Positions 38,493-49,001 of a stretch of DNA of 64,000 nt are shown here, one piece after another. Under the pieces are notes generated by a model. That model saw only the letters and a program-made list of their open reading frames with translations. It was not told where the DNA came from and made no database searches. Position 1 is the first letter of the stretch. Each line of letters starts with the position of its first letter. The stretch is from Chloroflexota bacterium. Lineage in GTDB: Bacteria > Chloroflexota > Dehalococcoidia > UBA2979. The stretch covers positions 289,683 to 353,682 of the forward strand of contig PBBA01000006.1 of the NCBI GenBank assembly GCA_002716405.1, read 5' to 3'. A program made the translations under genes and the position numbers.

Positions 38493-38843
38493 TCAAACCA
38501 ATTCAATTCTTGCAATACGAGAGCCATCACCTTTTCGACGTCCAAGTTTTATTACCCGCGTATATCCACCTGGACGTTCTGAATATCTTTCAGCCAGTTC
38601 ACTAAACACTGTTGCAACAACATCTGGATCATAGACAAATGCAAGTGCACGACGACGATCATGTAATGACCCACGTTTTCCTAATGTAATCATTTTTTCA
38701 ACAAATGATCTCAACTCCTTAGCACGGGCCTCTGTAGTCTGCACATAACCATCACGTAAAACATCCGTAGTCAAATTTCTGAACATTGCACGTCTTTGAG
38801 ATGTAGGCATATCAAAACGTCTTCCACCTCGTCTATGCCTCAT
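38493..38843 (-). CDS. rplQ: 50S ribosomal protein L17
   Basis: MRHRRGGRRFDMPTSQRRAMFRNL. Confidence 0.94.
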   Translation of the reverse strand: MRHRRGGRRFDMPTSQRRAMFRNLTTDVLRDGYVQTTEARAKELRSFVEKMITLGKRGSLHDRRRALAFVYDPDVVATVFSELAERYSERPGGYTRVIKLGRRKGDGSRIARIELV

Positions 38844-38884
38844 ATCTACCTCCTCAATAACACAACAACTTAATCATTAAACAA

Positions 38885-39988
38885 TTAGTCGTCAGATTCA
38901 CGACCTGCTTGCTTAAGTGCTTCAACCAGTGCAGCACCTAAAGCACCTACTTCATCAGCATTAGCTTCTTGAACATTTTCTGGAACAGAATTAGGAGTGC
39001 TATCAAAATCATTAGTTGAAATACCAGGATCATCCCAGCTATCATTTCGATCTCTATAAGAGTCTATACGTGGAGGAGGGAACCCAGAATTAATTAGCTT
39101 GTCACGTAATTCGAAATAGGATTTCTCTCCAAAATTTCTAAGAGCCAATAATTCTTCCTCAGATTTTTCTAAAACCATAGCTACAGTCATTAAGCCTGAT
39201 CTTCTTAGACAATTATAAGCACGCACTGATAATTGTAATTGCTCGATAGGCATCTCAGTCCTATCGGGTTCAACGGGTTCTTCTATTTCAATAACTTCTT
39301 CTTCAACAGGAGTAACAAGTAATTGGAAAGTTGAGAATTGATCACGCAATATATCTGAAGCATGTGTAACTGCTTGCTGACCATCCATTGTTCCATCAGT
39401 CCATATCTCCAAGTCCAAGCGATCGTAATTAGTATCCTGACCTACTCTGGTATTGGAAACACGAAAGTTAACTCTTCGAATTGGTGTAAAAATAGCATCA
39501 ACAGGAATCATTCCAATAGGTAAACCATCAGAAACTGTTGCAGGTACATATCCACGCCCAGTTTCGACATTTAAATCAGCAACTAACGATGTATCTGGGC
39601 CTTCCAAATTAGCCAACACAAAATCGGGGTTTACTATTTCATAATCAGCAGTGACCTCGATTTGCCCAGCAGTAATAGGACCTTCTCCAGAAACTTCCAG
39701 AAAAAGTCTAGCTGGCCTATCAGAGAATGCACGCAATCGCACTTCCTTTAGATTAAGAAGAAATTCTGTCATATCTTCTTTCATACCGGCCTTAGTAGAA
39801 AATTCATGATCAATTCCATCAATACGAACAGAAGTTATAGCAGCTCCTGGTAATGAAGCTAATAGAACTCTTCGGAGAGCATTACCTACAGTATTACCAA
39901 AGCCTTTCTCTAAAGGTTCAGCAACTATATGCACATAATCCAATCCTTCGGATTCAACTCGTATTTCAGGTCTTAGTAAATCAAACAA
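38885..39988 (-). CDS. rpoA: DNA-directed RNA polymerase alpha subunit (long acidic C-terminal tail)
   Basis: GFGNTVGNALRRVLLSSLPGAA-type NTD and an alpha-CTD (LQLSVRAYNCLRRSG). Roughly 65 extra C-terminal residues. Confidence 0.93.
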   Translation of the reverse strand: MFDLLRPEIRVESEGLDYVHIVAEPLEKGFGNTVGNALRRVLLASLPGAAITSVRIDGIDHEFSTKAGMKEDMTEFLLNLKEVRLRAFSDRPARLFLEVSGEGPITAGQIEVTADYEIVNPDFVLANLEGPDTSLVADLNVETGRGYVPATVSDGLPIGMIPVDAIFTPIRRVNFRVSNTRVGQDTNYDRLDLEIWTDGTMDGQQAVTHASDILRDQFSTFQLLVTPVEEEVIEIEEPVEPDRTEMPIEQLQLSVRAYNCLRRSGLMTVAMVLEKSEEELLALRNFGEKSYFELRDKLINSGFPPPRIDSYRDRNDSWDDPGISTNDFDSTPNSVPENVQEANADEVGALGAALVEALKQAGRESDD

Positions 39989-40043
39989 GAGTCACCTCTC
40001 TCCCAAAGTCCCCATATGAGGACTGCAGCATTACAAATCTTAA

Positions 40044-40646
40044 TCAGCGAGAATAATACTCAACCACGGCACTGGGCACAAAATGTGAATCCCAATCACC
40101 CATTCCAGGCTGTGAAATCATACGACCTTTCAATGAATCACGATCCAGATCTAACCAACCAGGAATATCACGTGCCTGAATCTGTTCTTTCAAAATAGAA
40201 TGATATTCAGATCGCGCACCACGTTCTGTAAATCCTATTTCTTGACCAATTCTTACACGAGCACTGGGAACATCCAATTTAGCACCATTGACCGAAATAT
40301 GACCATGGCTCACCAACTGACGTGCCTGAGGCCTAGTCTCTGCAAATCCCATCCGGAAAACAACATTATCTAAACGCTCTTCAAGCATCTGCATTAGATT
40401 ATCACCGGTCACACCTGATCTTCTAGATGCATGCTCATATAAACGACGAAATTGTTTTTCCATCAATCCATAAGCAAAACGAACTTTTTGTTTTTCAATT
40501 AACTGTTGCCCACGATCAGAAATTTTTCTTCTTCGAATAGGTCTTGGTCCAGGTGGATATGCCCGTCGCATTGACTTTGGGTTACCCCAAAGATCAGCGC
40601 CATAACGTCGAGATTTTCTCCACTTAGGACCTGTATATCGTGCCAT
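40044..40646 (-). CDS. rpsD: 30S ribosomal protein S4
   Basis: MARYTGPKWRKSRRYG. Confidence 0.94.
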   Translation of the reverse strand: MARYTGPKWRKSRRYGADLWGNPKSMRRAYPPGPRPIRRRKISDRGQQLIEKQKVRFAYGLMEKQFRRLYEHASRRSGVTGDNLMQMLEERLDNVVFRMGFAETRPQARQLVSHGHISVNGAKLDVPSARVRIGQEIGFTERGARSEYHSILKEQIQARDIPGWLDLDRDSLKGRMISQPGMGDWDSHFVPSAVVEYYSR

Positions 40647-40659
40647 AATTTACTCCCAA

Positions 40660-41049
40660 TTAATTCCGAGGTCGACGACGAGCACGGACACCATTATGAG
40701 GAATTGGTGTAACGTCTCTGATTGCTGAAATACGAATACCTGATGCCTGTAAAGCACGAATAGCAGCCTCTCTGCCTGGACCAGGACCATTCACTTGGAC
40801 AGAAACTTCACGAACACCATTCTCCATTGCACTCTGAGCAACAGATTCAGCGGCAAGTTGTGCAGCATAAGGAGTACTTTTTCGAGATCCAGTGAAACCT
40901 GCCGTTCCTCCGCTACTCCATGCAATAGCGTTTCCATTTGGATCAGTAACAGTCACCATTGTGTTATTAAATGTCGACTTTATAAAAGCTATTCCCCTAG
41001 GAACGTTTTTTAATACTCGACGCCGGCCTCGACCTTGAGCACGACCCAT
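40660..41049 (-). CDS. rpsK: 30S ribosomal protein S11
   Basis: [18 protein letters not shown]...[13 protein letters not shown]. Confidence 0.94.
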   Translation of the reverse strand: MGRAQGRGRRRVLKNVPRGIAFIKSTFNNTMVTVTDPNGNAIAWSSGGTAGFTGSRKSTPYAAQLAAESVAQSAMENGVREVSVQVNGPGPGREAAIRALQASGIRISAIRDVTPIPHNGVRARRRPRN

Positions 41050-41070
41050 AAAAATCCTCCTTGAAAATGA

Positions 41071-41451
41071 CTATTTCCTAGCCACTTTCTTTTTCCCTGA
41101 AACTATTCTACGTGAACCTCTTCTTGTTCTAGCATTAGTCTTTGTTCTTTGTCCTCTTAGTGGCAAACTACGGCGATGCCTTTGTCCTCTATACGAATTA
41201 ATTTCTATAAGTCTTTGTAAATTTTGACGAATCTCACGACGAAGATCACCCTCAACAGTCATCTCGCCTTCAACTATAGCTCTAATTCTAAGGACTTCAT
41301 CTTCGGTCAGATCACTAACTAATGCATCAGGAGCAATACTTGTTTGCTCACAAATTTTAACAGCAGTAGACCTTCCTATTCCATATACATAGGGAAGAGA
41401 AAACTGAATCTGCTTATCACGAGGAATATCTATTCCGCCAATACGTGCCAT
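41071..41451 (-). CDS. rpsM: 30S ribosomal protein S13
   Basis: [14 protein letters not shown]. Confidence 0.94.
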   Translation of the reverse strand: MARIGGIDIPRDKQIQFSLPYVYGIGRSTAVKICEQTSIAPDALVSDLTEDEVLRIRAIVEGEMTVEGDLRREIRQNLQRLIEINSYRGQRHRRSLPLRGQRTKTNARTRRGSRRIVSGKKKVARK

Positions 41452-41472
41452 ATAAACTCCAAAAAACTTAAA

Positions 41473-41598
41473 TTATCCCTGTCTTACTTTAAAACGTGGA
41501 TTCCTTTTATTAATCACATAAAGCTTCCCTTTACGTTTAACAATCTGACAATTTTTATCTCGTACTTTCGCACTTCGTAACGATGCACGTACTTTCAT
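41473..41598 (-). CDS. rpmJ: 50S ribosomal protein L36 (41 aa, Cys-poor YkgO-like form); not in the ORF track
   Basis: Hand translation gives [41 protein letters not shown]. It sits in the canonical infA-rpmJ-rpsM slot. Confidence 0.88.
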   Translation of the reverse strand: MKVRASLRSAKVRDKNCQIVKRKGKLYVINKRNPRFKVRQG

Positions 41599-41611
41599 AT
41601 TTTTCTCCTCA

Positions 41612-41878
41612 TTATCGAAAACGATAAGTTATCCGCCCTCGAGTTAAATCATAAGGACTTAATTCCACTAAAACACGATCACCCAAAAGAATACGAATAT
41701 AATTCATTCTCATCCTCCCAGAAATCCCCGCCAAAACATGATGGCCATTCGGAAGCTCTACATCAAACATTGCATTAGGCAATGCTTCCTTTACTAAGCC
41801 TTCAACTTCAATTACTTCCTTCTCTTTGCGACCTTCTACATTACTAGGTGTTTCTTTCTTTTTTGATTTTTTTGCCAT
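41612..41878 (-). CDS. infA: Translation initiation factor IF-1 (Lys-rich N-terminal extension)
   Basis: [45 protein letters not shown]. Confidence 0.93.
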   Translation of the reverse strand: MAKKSKKKETPSNVEGRKEKEVIEVEGLVKEALPNAMFDVELPNGHHVLAGISGRMRMNYIRILLGDRVLVELSPYDLTRGRITYRFR

Positions 41879-41886
41879 ATATTTAC

Positions 41887-42651
41887 CTACTCGATAATTT
41901 GAGTAAGTACCTCCGGTCCTTCACTTGTGATCGCAACTGTTTCTTCCCAGTGTGCTCCCAAAGAACCATCCCGCATAACAACAGTCCACTGGTCTTGCAA
42001 TTCAACTGTTTCTGGATTACCTATAGCTAACATCGGCTCTAACGCAAAAACCATACCTTGCCTTAATTCAATACCACTACCTTTACGACCATGATTTGGA
42101 ATATGAGGTTGTTCATGCATTTCACGACCAATTCCATGTCCACCATAACCTCGAACAATCCCATAGCCTTGAGAACAATTTTCGATAGCATTCGAAATAT
42201 CACCAAGTCGATTACCAATACGAGCACTTTCAATACCACATAATAAAGCTTCACGAGTTGTATTAATTAATGCATTGGCAACATCAGATACTTCTCCCAC
42301 AGGCATTGTAAATGCTGCATCGGAGACCCATCCATCATAAGTAACGCCCATATCTATACTCACAATATCTCCTGCTTCTAAAGATCGATCTCCAGGTATA
42401 CCATGTACCAATTCTTCATTAACCGAATAACAAATAGCCCCAGGAAATGGAGGTTTACCTCCCGGAGCATATCCACGGAAAGTAACAGTCCCACCTCGTT
42501 TTTCTATTTCATACGTTGCCAAGTCATCCAATTCCCTTCCAGATATACCCGGCTCAATTGCCTTCATCAAAATTGACCTAACTTCACTATTAAGGTGGCC
42601 AGCTAGCCTCATACCATCTAATTCTTTTTCTGATTTCAGTTCAATCGGCAT
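41887..42651 (-). CDS. map: Methionine aminopeptidase, type I
   Basis: Metal ligands in the contexts [13 protein letters not shown] and ALEP. Confidence 0.92.
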   Translation of the reverse strand: MPIELKSEKELDGMRLAGHLNSEVRSILMKAIEPGISGRELDDLATYEIEKRGGTVTFRGYAPGGKPPFPGAICYSVNEELVHGIPGDRSLEAGDIVSIDMGVTYDGWVSDAAFTMPVGEVSDVANALINTTREALLCGIESARIGNRLGDISNAIENCSQGYGIVRGYGGHGIGREMHEQPHIPNHGRKGSGIELRQGMVFALEPMLAIGNPETVELQDQWTVVMRDGSLGAHWEETVAITSEGPEVLTQIIE

Positions 42652-42666
42652 AATAGTATAGGCTTT

Positions 42667-43326
42667 CTATCGCTCTGCGGATACCATTTCAATTACTGAT
42701 ATTAATCGTTCTGTTATTTCTTCCATCTCACCTGTACCATCAATCGAATGCAGTTTGGAAAAATCTTCATAATAAGTGACAAGTTGTTCTGTCCATTCTC
42801 GATTTGCATTTAGACGATCACTAACGGTATCTGGTTGATCGTCAGCACGCTGACTAAGTACCCCATCACATAAATCGCATAATTCTTCTTTTTTAGGAGG
42901 ATTAGTTTGAGTATGGTAAATTTCCCCACACTCACTACATGTCCACCGGCCAGTCAATCTTGCGAGTAATTCAACTTCTGGAACTTTTATGTAAAGCACT
43001 GCATCTATTGGAGAATTACGATTTTTAAGTGCTTCATCTAAAGCTTTTGCCTGAGGAATTGTTCTAGGAAAACCGTCGAGCATAATACCTTTTTGTGCAT
43101 CATTCTCTGAAATGCGCTCTAACAACATATTAATTGTTACTTCATCAGGGACTAATTGACCTTTTGACATGAATTCTTGAGCACTAAGACCTAGAGATGT
43201 TTTCTTCTCAGCAGCATCACGAAACATATCCCCAGTAGAAATATGGAGTAGCCCTAAATGGCTAGCCAATACTTTTGCCTGTGTACCTTTTCCTACTCCA
43301 GGTAGTCCTAACAAAATTAACTGCAT
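42667..43326 (-). CDS. adk: Adenylate kinase (zinc-lid type)
   Basis: GLPGVGKGTQA P-loop; lid CSECGEIY...CDLCDG. Confidence 0.93.
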   Translation of the reverse strand: MQLILLGLPGVGKGTQAKVLASHLGLLHISTGDMFRDAAEKKTSLGLSAQEFMSKGQLVPDEVTINMLLERISENDAQKGIMLDGFPRTIPQAKALDEALKNRNSPIDAVLYIKVPEVELLARLTGRWTCSECGEIYHTQTNPPKKEELCDLCDGVLSQRADDQPDTVSDRLNANREWTEQLVTYYEDFSKLHSIDGTGEMEEITERLISVIEMVSAER

Positions 43327-44663
43327 TATGAAATAAATCCTTCGTAATTACGCATCATCATTTGCGCTTCAATCTGACGCATAGTATCTAGCACTACTCC
43401 AACTACTATCAATAATCCCGCAGCACTGATAGTCAATGCTTGAACCCCAGTTAGAGACGTAACTAAAAATGGTGTGACAGAAACAATACCTAAGAAAATA
43501 GCACCCCCCCAAGTAATTCGTACAAGAACACGAGTGATGTATTCTTGTGTGGGTCGACCAGGCCTAATTCCAGGAATAAAGCCCCCTTGCCTTTGAAGGT
43601 TTTCTGCGAGATTTTGCTGCTGAAAAACTACCATAGTGTAGAAAAATGCAAATATAACAACTAAGAAAAAAATCCCCACCCAATACAATATTGCTGTTGG
43701 AGAAAATGCATTTTGAAAAAATCCAGCGATTGAAGCCAGCCAAGAAATATCTACTGTTTGAGCAACGAACTGAGCAACAACAGGCGGAAAAATCATAATT
43801 GATGTAGCAAAAATTATGGGTATCATACCTGCAGTATTAACACGTAAAGGAATAAATGACTGACCTTGCTGCCTGTACATTCTACCACCCTTAAATGTTG
43901 ATCGGGCATATTGGACAGGCAATCTTCTTTGGGCTTCTTGGAATAAAACAATAAAAGCAACAACGGAAATAGCAACAAAGGCAAGTAAAAATAATCCGCT
44001 TAGCGCTGCACTGGTCCCAGTAAAAATATTTCGACCAATCAAACCAGGTAACCCAGCAACAATCCCACCTAAAATAATCAAGGAGATACCATTCCCAACA
44101 CCATTTTCTGAAATTAGCTCGCCTAGCCATACCAAAAACATAGTGCCAGCTACCAAGGAAATAATTGTTGCCAAAGTTGTTAATGCGTTTCCACCAGTAA
44201 ATCCAATATTAGTAATTCCACCAAGCTGTTGTATTAAAACCAACTGAGCATATCCTTGAAAAACTGCTAACGGCACAGTTAACCAATGTGTATATTGTTG
44301 TATCTTATTTCTTCCAGCTTCACCTTCTTGTTGAAGTGCTTGCAACCTAGGAACCATAGGAGTTGCTAACTGCATTACAATTGTTGCAGTTATATATGGA
44401 TAAACACCCAAAGCAGCAACAGACAGATTTTCAAGTGCTCCACCAGAAAAGATATTCAAAAAACCTAAAATTGCATTATTATCGAACGTATTTTGCAAGG
44501 CATCACGATCCACTCCTGGGACAGGAACGTGAGCCACAAAACGAAAAATCAATAACATCCCAAGAGTAAAAAGTATTTTGTACCTAACAGCAGGTTGATG
44601 AAAAGCTGCGACTGCTGCCTGCAATAATTGAGGTCGCTGTGAATTTTGACCACTAGTACTCAA
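43326..44663 (-). CDS. secY: Preprotein translocase subunit SecY
   Basis: 10-TM profile, in the canonical rplO-secY-adk position. Confidence 0.93.
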   Translation of the reverse strand: MSTSGQNSQRPQLLQAAVAAFHQPAVRYKILFTLGMLLIFRFVAHVPVPGVDRDALQNTFDNNAILGFLNIFSGGALENLSVAALGVYPYITATIVMQLATPMVPRLQALQQEGEAGRNKIQQYTHWLTVPLAVFQGYAQLVLIQQLGGITNIGFTGGNALTTLATIISLVAGTMFLVWLGELISENGVGNGISLIILGGIVAGLPGLIGRNIFTGTSAALSGLFLLAFVAISVVAFIVLFQEAQRRLPVQYARSTFKGGRMYRQQGQSFIPLRVNTAGMIPIIFATSIMIFPPVVAQFVAQTVDISWLASIAGFFQNAFSPTAILYWVGIFFLVVIFAFFYTMVVFQQQNLAENLQRQGGFIPGIRPGRPTQEYITRVLVRITWGGAIFLGIVSVTPFLVTSLTGVQALTISAAGLLIVVGVVLDTMRQIEAQMMMRNYEGFIS

Positions 44664-45199
44664 TTTTCATCATCTCCATTTTCAGGTGAACTTTCACCAA
44701 CGTCAGTATCCAACTTCCTTCGGTGTATACGGTTTCTAACACGCTTTACCGCTGGTGAAAGTTCTTTAAAATTTCCACCAGCTGCAGTAATTGCATCCTT
44801 TGCAGACTGAGAAAGTCTAGGCGCCTCAACCGAAAGAGCAAATGAAATTTCACCACGGCCTAGTACCTTGAATAATACATCTGACTTACTTACCAGCCCA
44901 ATTGCCGCTAATGTATCTCCATTAACATTTGAATCAGGGGCAAAATTTTCTGCTAACTGGTTTAAATTGACCGCTTCAAATTCTAGACGACTGAAATTCT
45001 TAAAACCACGCAATCGCGGTGCTCGCCGGACCAATGGAATCTGTCCACCTTCAAAACCTGGCCTCACTGAACCTCTAGCTTTTTGACCTTTTAACCCGCG
45101 TCCAGCATATGTTCCTTGGCCTGTAGCATTACCACGCCCAAGTCGTTTGCGCGAATGTTTCGAACCTCTCGAGGGATGAAGAGTATGCTGATTCATCAA
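44660..45199 (-). CDS. rplO: 50S ribosomal protein L15 (C-terminal extension)
   Basis: GRGNATGQGTYAGRGLKGQKAR. Confidence 0.92.
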   Translation of the reverse strand: MMNQHTLHPSRGSKHSRKRLGRGNATGQGTYAGRGLKGQKARGSVRPGFEGGQIPLVRRAPRLRGFKNFSRLEFEAVNLNQLAENFAPDSNVNGDTLAAIGLVSKSDVLFKVLGRGEISFALSVEAPRLSQSAKDAITAAGGNFKELSPAVKRVRNRIHRRKLDTDVGESSPENGDDEN

Positions 45200-45378
45200 C
45201 TTACCTTTTCTATATCAACTAGATGCTTAACTTTTTCAACCATTCCCAGAATAGAAGGAGAGCTTTCATGCTCAACATAATGGTTTAATCTTTTTAAACC
45301 TAAAGCCCTAATAGTACGCTTTTGATCATCGGCATAACCTATTGAAGATTTTTTCCAAATTATTCTAATTCTTTCCAT
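45196..45378 (-). CDS. rpmD: 50S ribosomal protein L30
   Basis: IRIIWKKSSIGYADDQKRTIRALGLKRLN. Confidence 0.92.
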   Translation of the reverse strand: MERIRIIWKKSSIGYADDQKRTIRALGLKRLNHYVEHESSPSILGMVEKVKHLVDIEKVS

Positions 45379-45391
45379 AATAATCCTATAT

Positions 45392-45970
45392 CTAAGATTC
45401 AGATAATTGCTTACGAATAGATCGAGCCCTTACTGGATCTCTTAAAGCTTTCAATCCAGAAATAGTAGCTTGGGCAACATTAACAGGATTATTAGATCCT
45501 AATGATTTAGTTAGCACATCAGAAATTCCAGCAGCTTCCATAACAGAACGTACGGCACCTCCTGCTATTAACCCTGTACCTGCCGAAGCAGGATGCATCA
45601 CTACTTTTGAAGACTTAAACTGAGCTACATAGTCATGGGCAATTGTTGTATCATTCATCGCCACCTTAAACATGTTTCTTTTAGCGATAACCCCACCTTT
45701 GCGAATTGCCTCAGGAACTTCATTAGCACGTCCCATACCAACACCTACAGATCCTGCGCCATCACCTACAACAATAATCGCAGTAAAAGAAAAACGTCGC
45801 CCACCTTTAACAACTTTTGCAACTCTATTAATATGAACAACTTTCTCTATAAAACCTGAGTCTTCATCTTCTTCACCACGTCGCCTATCTCGGCGTCTAT
45901 TTTCTCTACTAGGCCGAGAATTTTTACGGCTACGACTATTATTTTCATTTAATTCGTTATCCTGGGTCAT
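45392..45970 (-). CDS. rpsE: 30S ribosomal protein S5 (Arg-rich N-terminal extension)
   Basis: [28 protein letters not shown]. Confidence 0.93.
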   Translation of the reverse strand: MTQDNELNENNSRSRKNSRPSRENRRRDRRRGEEDEDSGFIEKVVHINRVAKVVKGGRRFSFTAIIVVGDGAGSVGVGMGRANEVPEAIRKGGVIAKRNMFKVAMNDTTIAHDYVAQFKSSKVVMHPASAGTGLIAGGAVRSVMEAAGISDVLTKSLGSNNPVNVAQATISGLKALRDPVRARSIRKQLSES

Positions 45971-46335
45971 CAGAATTCCAACCCTCCTTCACGTGCCGCA
46001 GTAGCCAAAGCAGCAACACGCCCTGCATATAAAAAGCCTCCGCGATCAAATACTACTGAATCAATACCAGCCAATTTTGCACGCTCAGCAACCAATTGAC
46101 CTACATGAGTTGCACGATTAGATTTTGTACCTTTCTCACTTTTTATAGATGGATCAAGGTCAGACGCATGAGCAAGTGTGGTGCCTGAGTCATCATCAAT
46201 AACTTGAGCATAAATATGTTGATTAGAACGGAACACTGCCAAGCGTGGACGTTCAGCAGTACCACGAAGTTTTTTTCTTACACGTATATGGCGTCGGACA
46301 CGAGCATTGTTTGATGTTTTATTTCTTGCCATCAA
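45970..46335 (-). CDS. rplR: 50S ribosomal protein L18
   Basis: [34 protein letters not shown]. Confidence 0.93.
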   Translation of the reverse strand: MMARNKTSNNARVRRHIRVRKKLRGTAERPRLAVFRSNQHIYAQVIDDDSGTTLAHASDLDPSIKSEKGTKSNRATHVGQLVAERAKLAGIDSVVFDRGGFLYAGRVAALATAAREGGLEF

Positions 46336-46872
46336 CTACACCTTAGCCTTTCCAGCCTTCTGCCTGACGTACTCACCTACATAACGCACACCTTTGCCAT
46401 GATATGGTTCTGGTGGTCGTACACGTCTAATAAGTGCCGCTTGTTGCCCAACGACCTGTTTATCTATACCTATCACATGAATTAACGTCGGTGTTTCAAC
46501 TTCAAAAATTACTCCCTCTAGTGGAATTAGTTCTACAGGATGAGAAAAACCAACAGTCATGATCAAGTTCTGACCCTGCAATTGAGCCCTATATCCTGTA
46601 CCACGAAGTTCTAAGGATTTTCGAAATCCCTCTGTAACACCTTCAACCATATTTGCAACCAAAGAACGTGTTAACCCATGAAGAGATCTTTCTTCTGGAT
46701 TATCCGAAGATCTCGAAACCTCAATGCGATTATCTATAACTTGAACATCAATGGAAGAATGTACTTGAAAAGATAATTCACCTTTAGGACCTTTAACGAC
46801 ACAAAGATCTTCATTTAAAGCCACCGAAACACCATCAGGTATGCTAACTGGCTGTCTACCAACTCGTGACAT
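46336..46872 (-). CDS. rplF: 50S ribosomal protein L6
   Basis: MSRVGRQPVSIPDGV. The track start (46899) would overlap rpsH. Confidence 0.92.
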   Translation of the reverse strand: MSRVGRQPVSIPDGVSVALNEDLCVVKGPKGELSFQVHSSIDVQVIDNRIEVSRSSDNPEERSLHGLTRSLVANMVEGVTEGFRKSLELRGTGYRAQLQGQNLIMTVGFSHPVELIPLEGVIFEVETPTLIHVIGIDKQVVGQQAALIRRVRPPEPYHGKGVRYVGEYVRQKAGKAKV

Positions 46873-46883
46873 CCTAAAAACTC

Positions 46884-47282
46884 CTACCAGACATAACAAA
46901 GCACCTCGCCACCAATTTTTCTACGCCATGCCTCACGTCCTGACATAACACCCTCTGAAGTACTCATAACTGCGATACCTAAACCGCCAAAGACTCTAGG
47001 GATCTCTTGTTTATTCACATAGACTCTCAAACCAGGTCTTGAGACTCTTCGAATACCACTTAAAACAGCCTGCCGATCATTACCATAGGTAATTTCAAGC
47101 TCCAAATATTTTCTAGGCCCTTCATCGATTTCAGCCATTTTTTTTATAAAACCTTCATCATGTAGTACCTGAGCAACTGCATGTTTAACTTTCGAATTCG
47201 GAATCCGCACAGTTTCATGACGAGCCATCGCAGCATTACGAACTCGCGTAAACATGTCGGCTAGAGGATCTGTCATTGTCAT
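46884..47282 (-). CDS. rpsH: 30S ribosomal protein S8
   Basis: MTDPLADMFTRVRNA. Confidence 0.93.
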   Translation of the reverse strand: MTMTDPLADMFTRVRNAAMARHETVRIPNSKVKHAVAQVLHDEGFIKKMAEIDEGPRKYLELEITYGNDRQAVLSGIRRVSRPGLRVYVNKQEIPRVFGGLGIAVMSTSEGVMSGREAWRRKIGGEVLCYVW

Positions 47283-47308
47283 AATTTCCTACCTTTAAAA
47301 CCCATTGC

Positions 47309-47875
47309 CTAACGGCTAAAAGGCATTCCTAACAACTCTAAAAGTCGCTTACCTTCTTCATCTGTTCGCGCTGAAGTAACAATATTGCATTGCAAACCTC
47401 GGATACGATCGCTAGTGTCAAAATTAACTTCGGGAAAAATTAGTTGCTCTGTTATACCTAAAGAATAATTACCATGTCCGTCAAAGGCATTCGGAGAAAC
47501 CCCTCTAAAATCTCTAACACGAGGTAGTGCAGCAGTAACTAATCGATCATAAAACTCCCACATTTGACTTCCCCTCAAAGTTAATGAAAGCCCAATAATA
47601 TTTCCTTCGCGTAATTTAAAATTCGATATAGCTTGCTTAGCCCTTCGGACAAAAGGTCTTTGTCCAGTAATAGCCATTAAATCTTTAGTAGCAGATTCAA
47701 TGGCATTGCCATTATCAATTGCCTCACCCAAACCCATATTCACAGCAATTTTTTGAAGAGTTGGGACCTGCATAGGATTATTGTAATTAAATTCACTAAT
47801 TAATTGGTTCGATACTTGATCGCGATGCTTTACACGCATCCGAGGAGTAATTTGAGGTTGATCATCAATAGTCAT
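47309..47875 (-). CDS. rplE: 50S ribosomal protein L5
   Basis: PRMRVKHRDQV...NPMQVPTLQKIAVNMG. Start taken at MTIDDQ; the track ORF starts 11 codons upstream, overlapping rplX. Confidence 0.92.
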   Translation of the reverse strand: MTIDDQPQITPRMRVKHRDQVSNQLISEFNYNNPMQVPTLQKIAVNMGLGEAIDNGNAIESATKDLMAITGQRPFVRRAKQAISNFKLREGNIIGLSLTLRGSQMWEFYDRLVTAALPRVRDFRGVSPNAFDGHGNYSLGITEQLIFPEVNFDTSDRIRGLQCNIVTSARTDEEGKRLLELLGMPFSR

Positions 47876-47888
47876 GTCTGTTATTCCT

Positions 47889-48209
47889 CTAGTCAATAGA
47901 CTCTTCACAACGTTTACAGAATCTTACTTTTCTTTCATCATTCAAAAACCGAAACCCCACACGAGTAGGCTTATCGCATATATGACAAACCAAACTCAAA
48001 TTAGACAAATCGATAGGGGATTCCATTTCCACAATTTCTGAAGCTTCTTGTGCAGATCTTGATCTGCGATGACGCTTAACGATATTCAAACCATCAACAA
48101 TAGCTCGACCTTTTTTATTAATGATGTGGCGCACATCACCACGCCTACCTCGATCTCTACCACTCAATATTTGTACCGTGTCATCTTTCTTAATTTTTGC
48201 TGCCATCAT
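47889..48209 (-). CDS. rplX: 50S ribosomal protein L24 (with C-terminal CxxC...CxxC)
   Basis: [23 protein letters not shown] motif; [27 protein letters not shown]. Confidence 0.93.
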   Translation of the reverse strand: MMAAKIKKDDTVQILSGRDRGRRGDVRHIINKKGRAIVDGLNIVKRHRRSRSAQEASEIVEMESPIDLSNLSLVCHICDKPTRVGFRFLNDERKVRFCKRCEESID

Positions 48210-48574
48210 AATACCTCCGGTGCTAATGAAATTATGCGCATATATCTTCGATCACGGAGTTCACGAGCGACAGGACCAAAAATTCTGGTGCCACGAGGGT
48301 TCCCCTCACTGTCGGTAATAACAACTGCGTTTTCATCAAAACGAATAGACGAACCATCAGAACGACGCATCGGTTGCTTTTGTCGAACTATGACCGCTCT
48401 AACAACATCACCTTTACTAACCATTCCGTTAGGCTGTGCCTCCTTAACGGTTGCAACAATCTGGTCACCAACTCGAGCATATCGTCGACGAGTACCACCT
48501 AAAACACGGATGCATAGTACTTCTCGAGCACCGGTATTATCCACAACAGCCACGCGGGATTCTTGTTGAATCAT
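48206..48574 (-). CDS. rplN: 50S ribosomal protein L14
   Basis: [19 protein letters not shown]. Confidence 0.94.
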   Translation of the reverse strand: MIQQESRVAVVDNTGAREVLCIRVLGGTRRRYARVGDQIVATVKEAQPNGMVSKGDVVRAVIVRQKQPMRRSDGSSIRFDENAVVITDSEGNPRGTRIFGPVARELRDRRYMRIISLAPEVL

Positions 48575-48987
48575 GGGTTACCTTCTACCTCTTCAATACC
48601 ATCTTCTTCTAAGGTATTTGATACTTGTTCAATCGATTCCTCGTCAAATTCAGCTTTAATAGTGGCACTACTTTCAATTTCTTCTACAATCCCTTGACCA
48701 ATAGTCGCCGGAGCTATTTCAGCAACGTCTCTTTCAGTCAAAACCTCTACCAATCTAAATTTTTTAAGTTTACTTATAGGTCGACATTCTTCTATCCGTA
48801 CAAGATCACCACGTGTTGCGAGATTACCAGGATCATGAACATGATATTTTTTGGTTTGCCTGATTACCTTGCGATAAATACGATGCCGTGCTGCACGTTC
48901 CACAACTACAACAATAGTTTGATCATTAACGTCTGAAACGACTACCCCTACCCTAGATTTACGATTTACTGAAGTTTCACTTGTCAT
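48571..48987 (-). CDS. rpsQ: 30S ribosomal protein S17 with an ~53-aa acidic C-terminal extension
   Basis: [41 protein letters not shown] core, then ...[37 protein letters not shown]. Confidence 0.92.
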   Translation of the reverse strand: MTSETSVNRKSRVGVVVSDVNDQTIVVVVERAARHRIYRKVIRQTKKYHVHDPGNLATRGDLVRIEECRPISKLKKFRLVEVLTERDVAEIAPATIGQGIVEEIESSATIKAEFDEESIEQVSNTLEEDGIEEVEGNP

Positions 48988-49001
48988 ATATGCCTCTTTA
49001 A

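Noticed and set aside
48069-48569. 166-aa plus-strand ORF (and 48121..48318)
   Set aside because: It is antisense to rplX/rplN and is a shadow ORF of highly conserved ribosomal genes.
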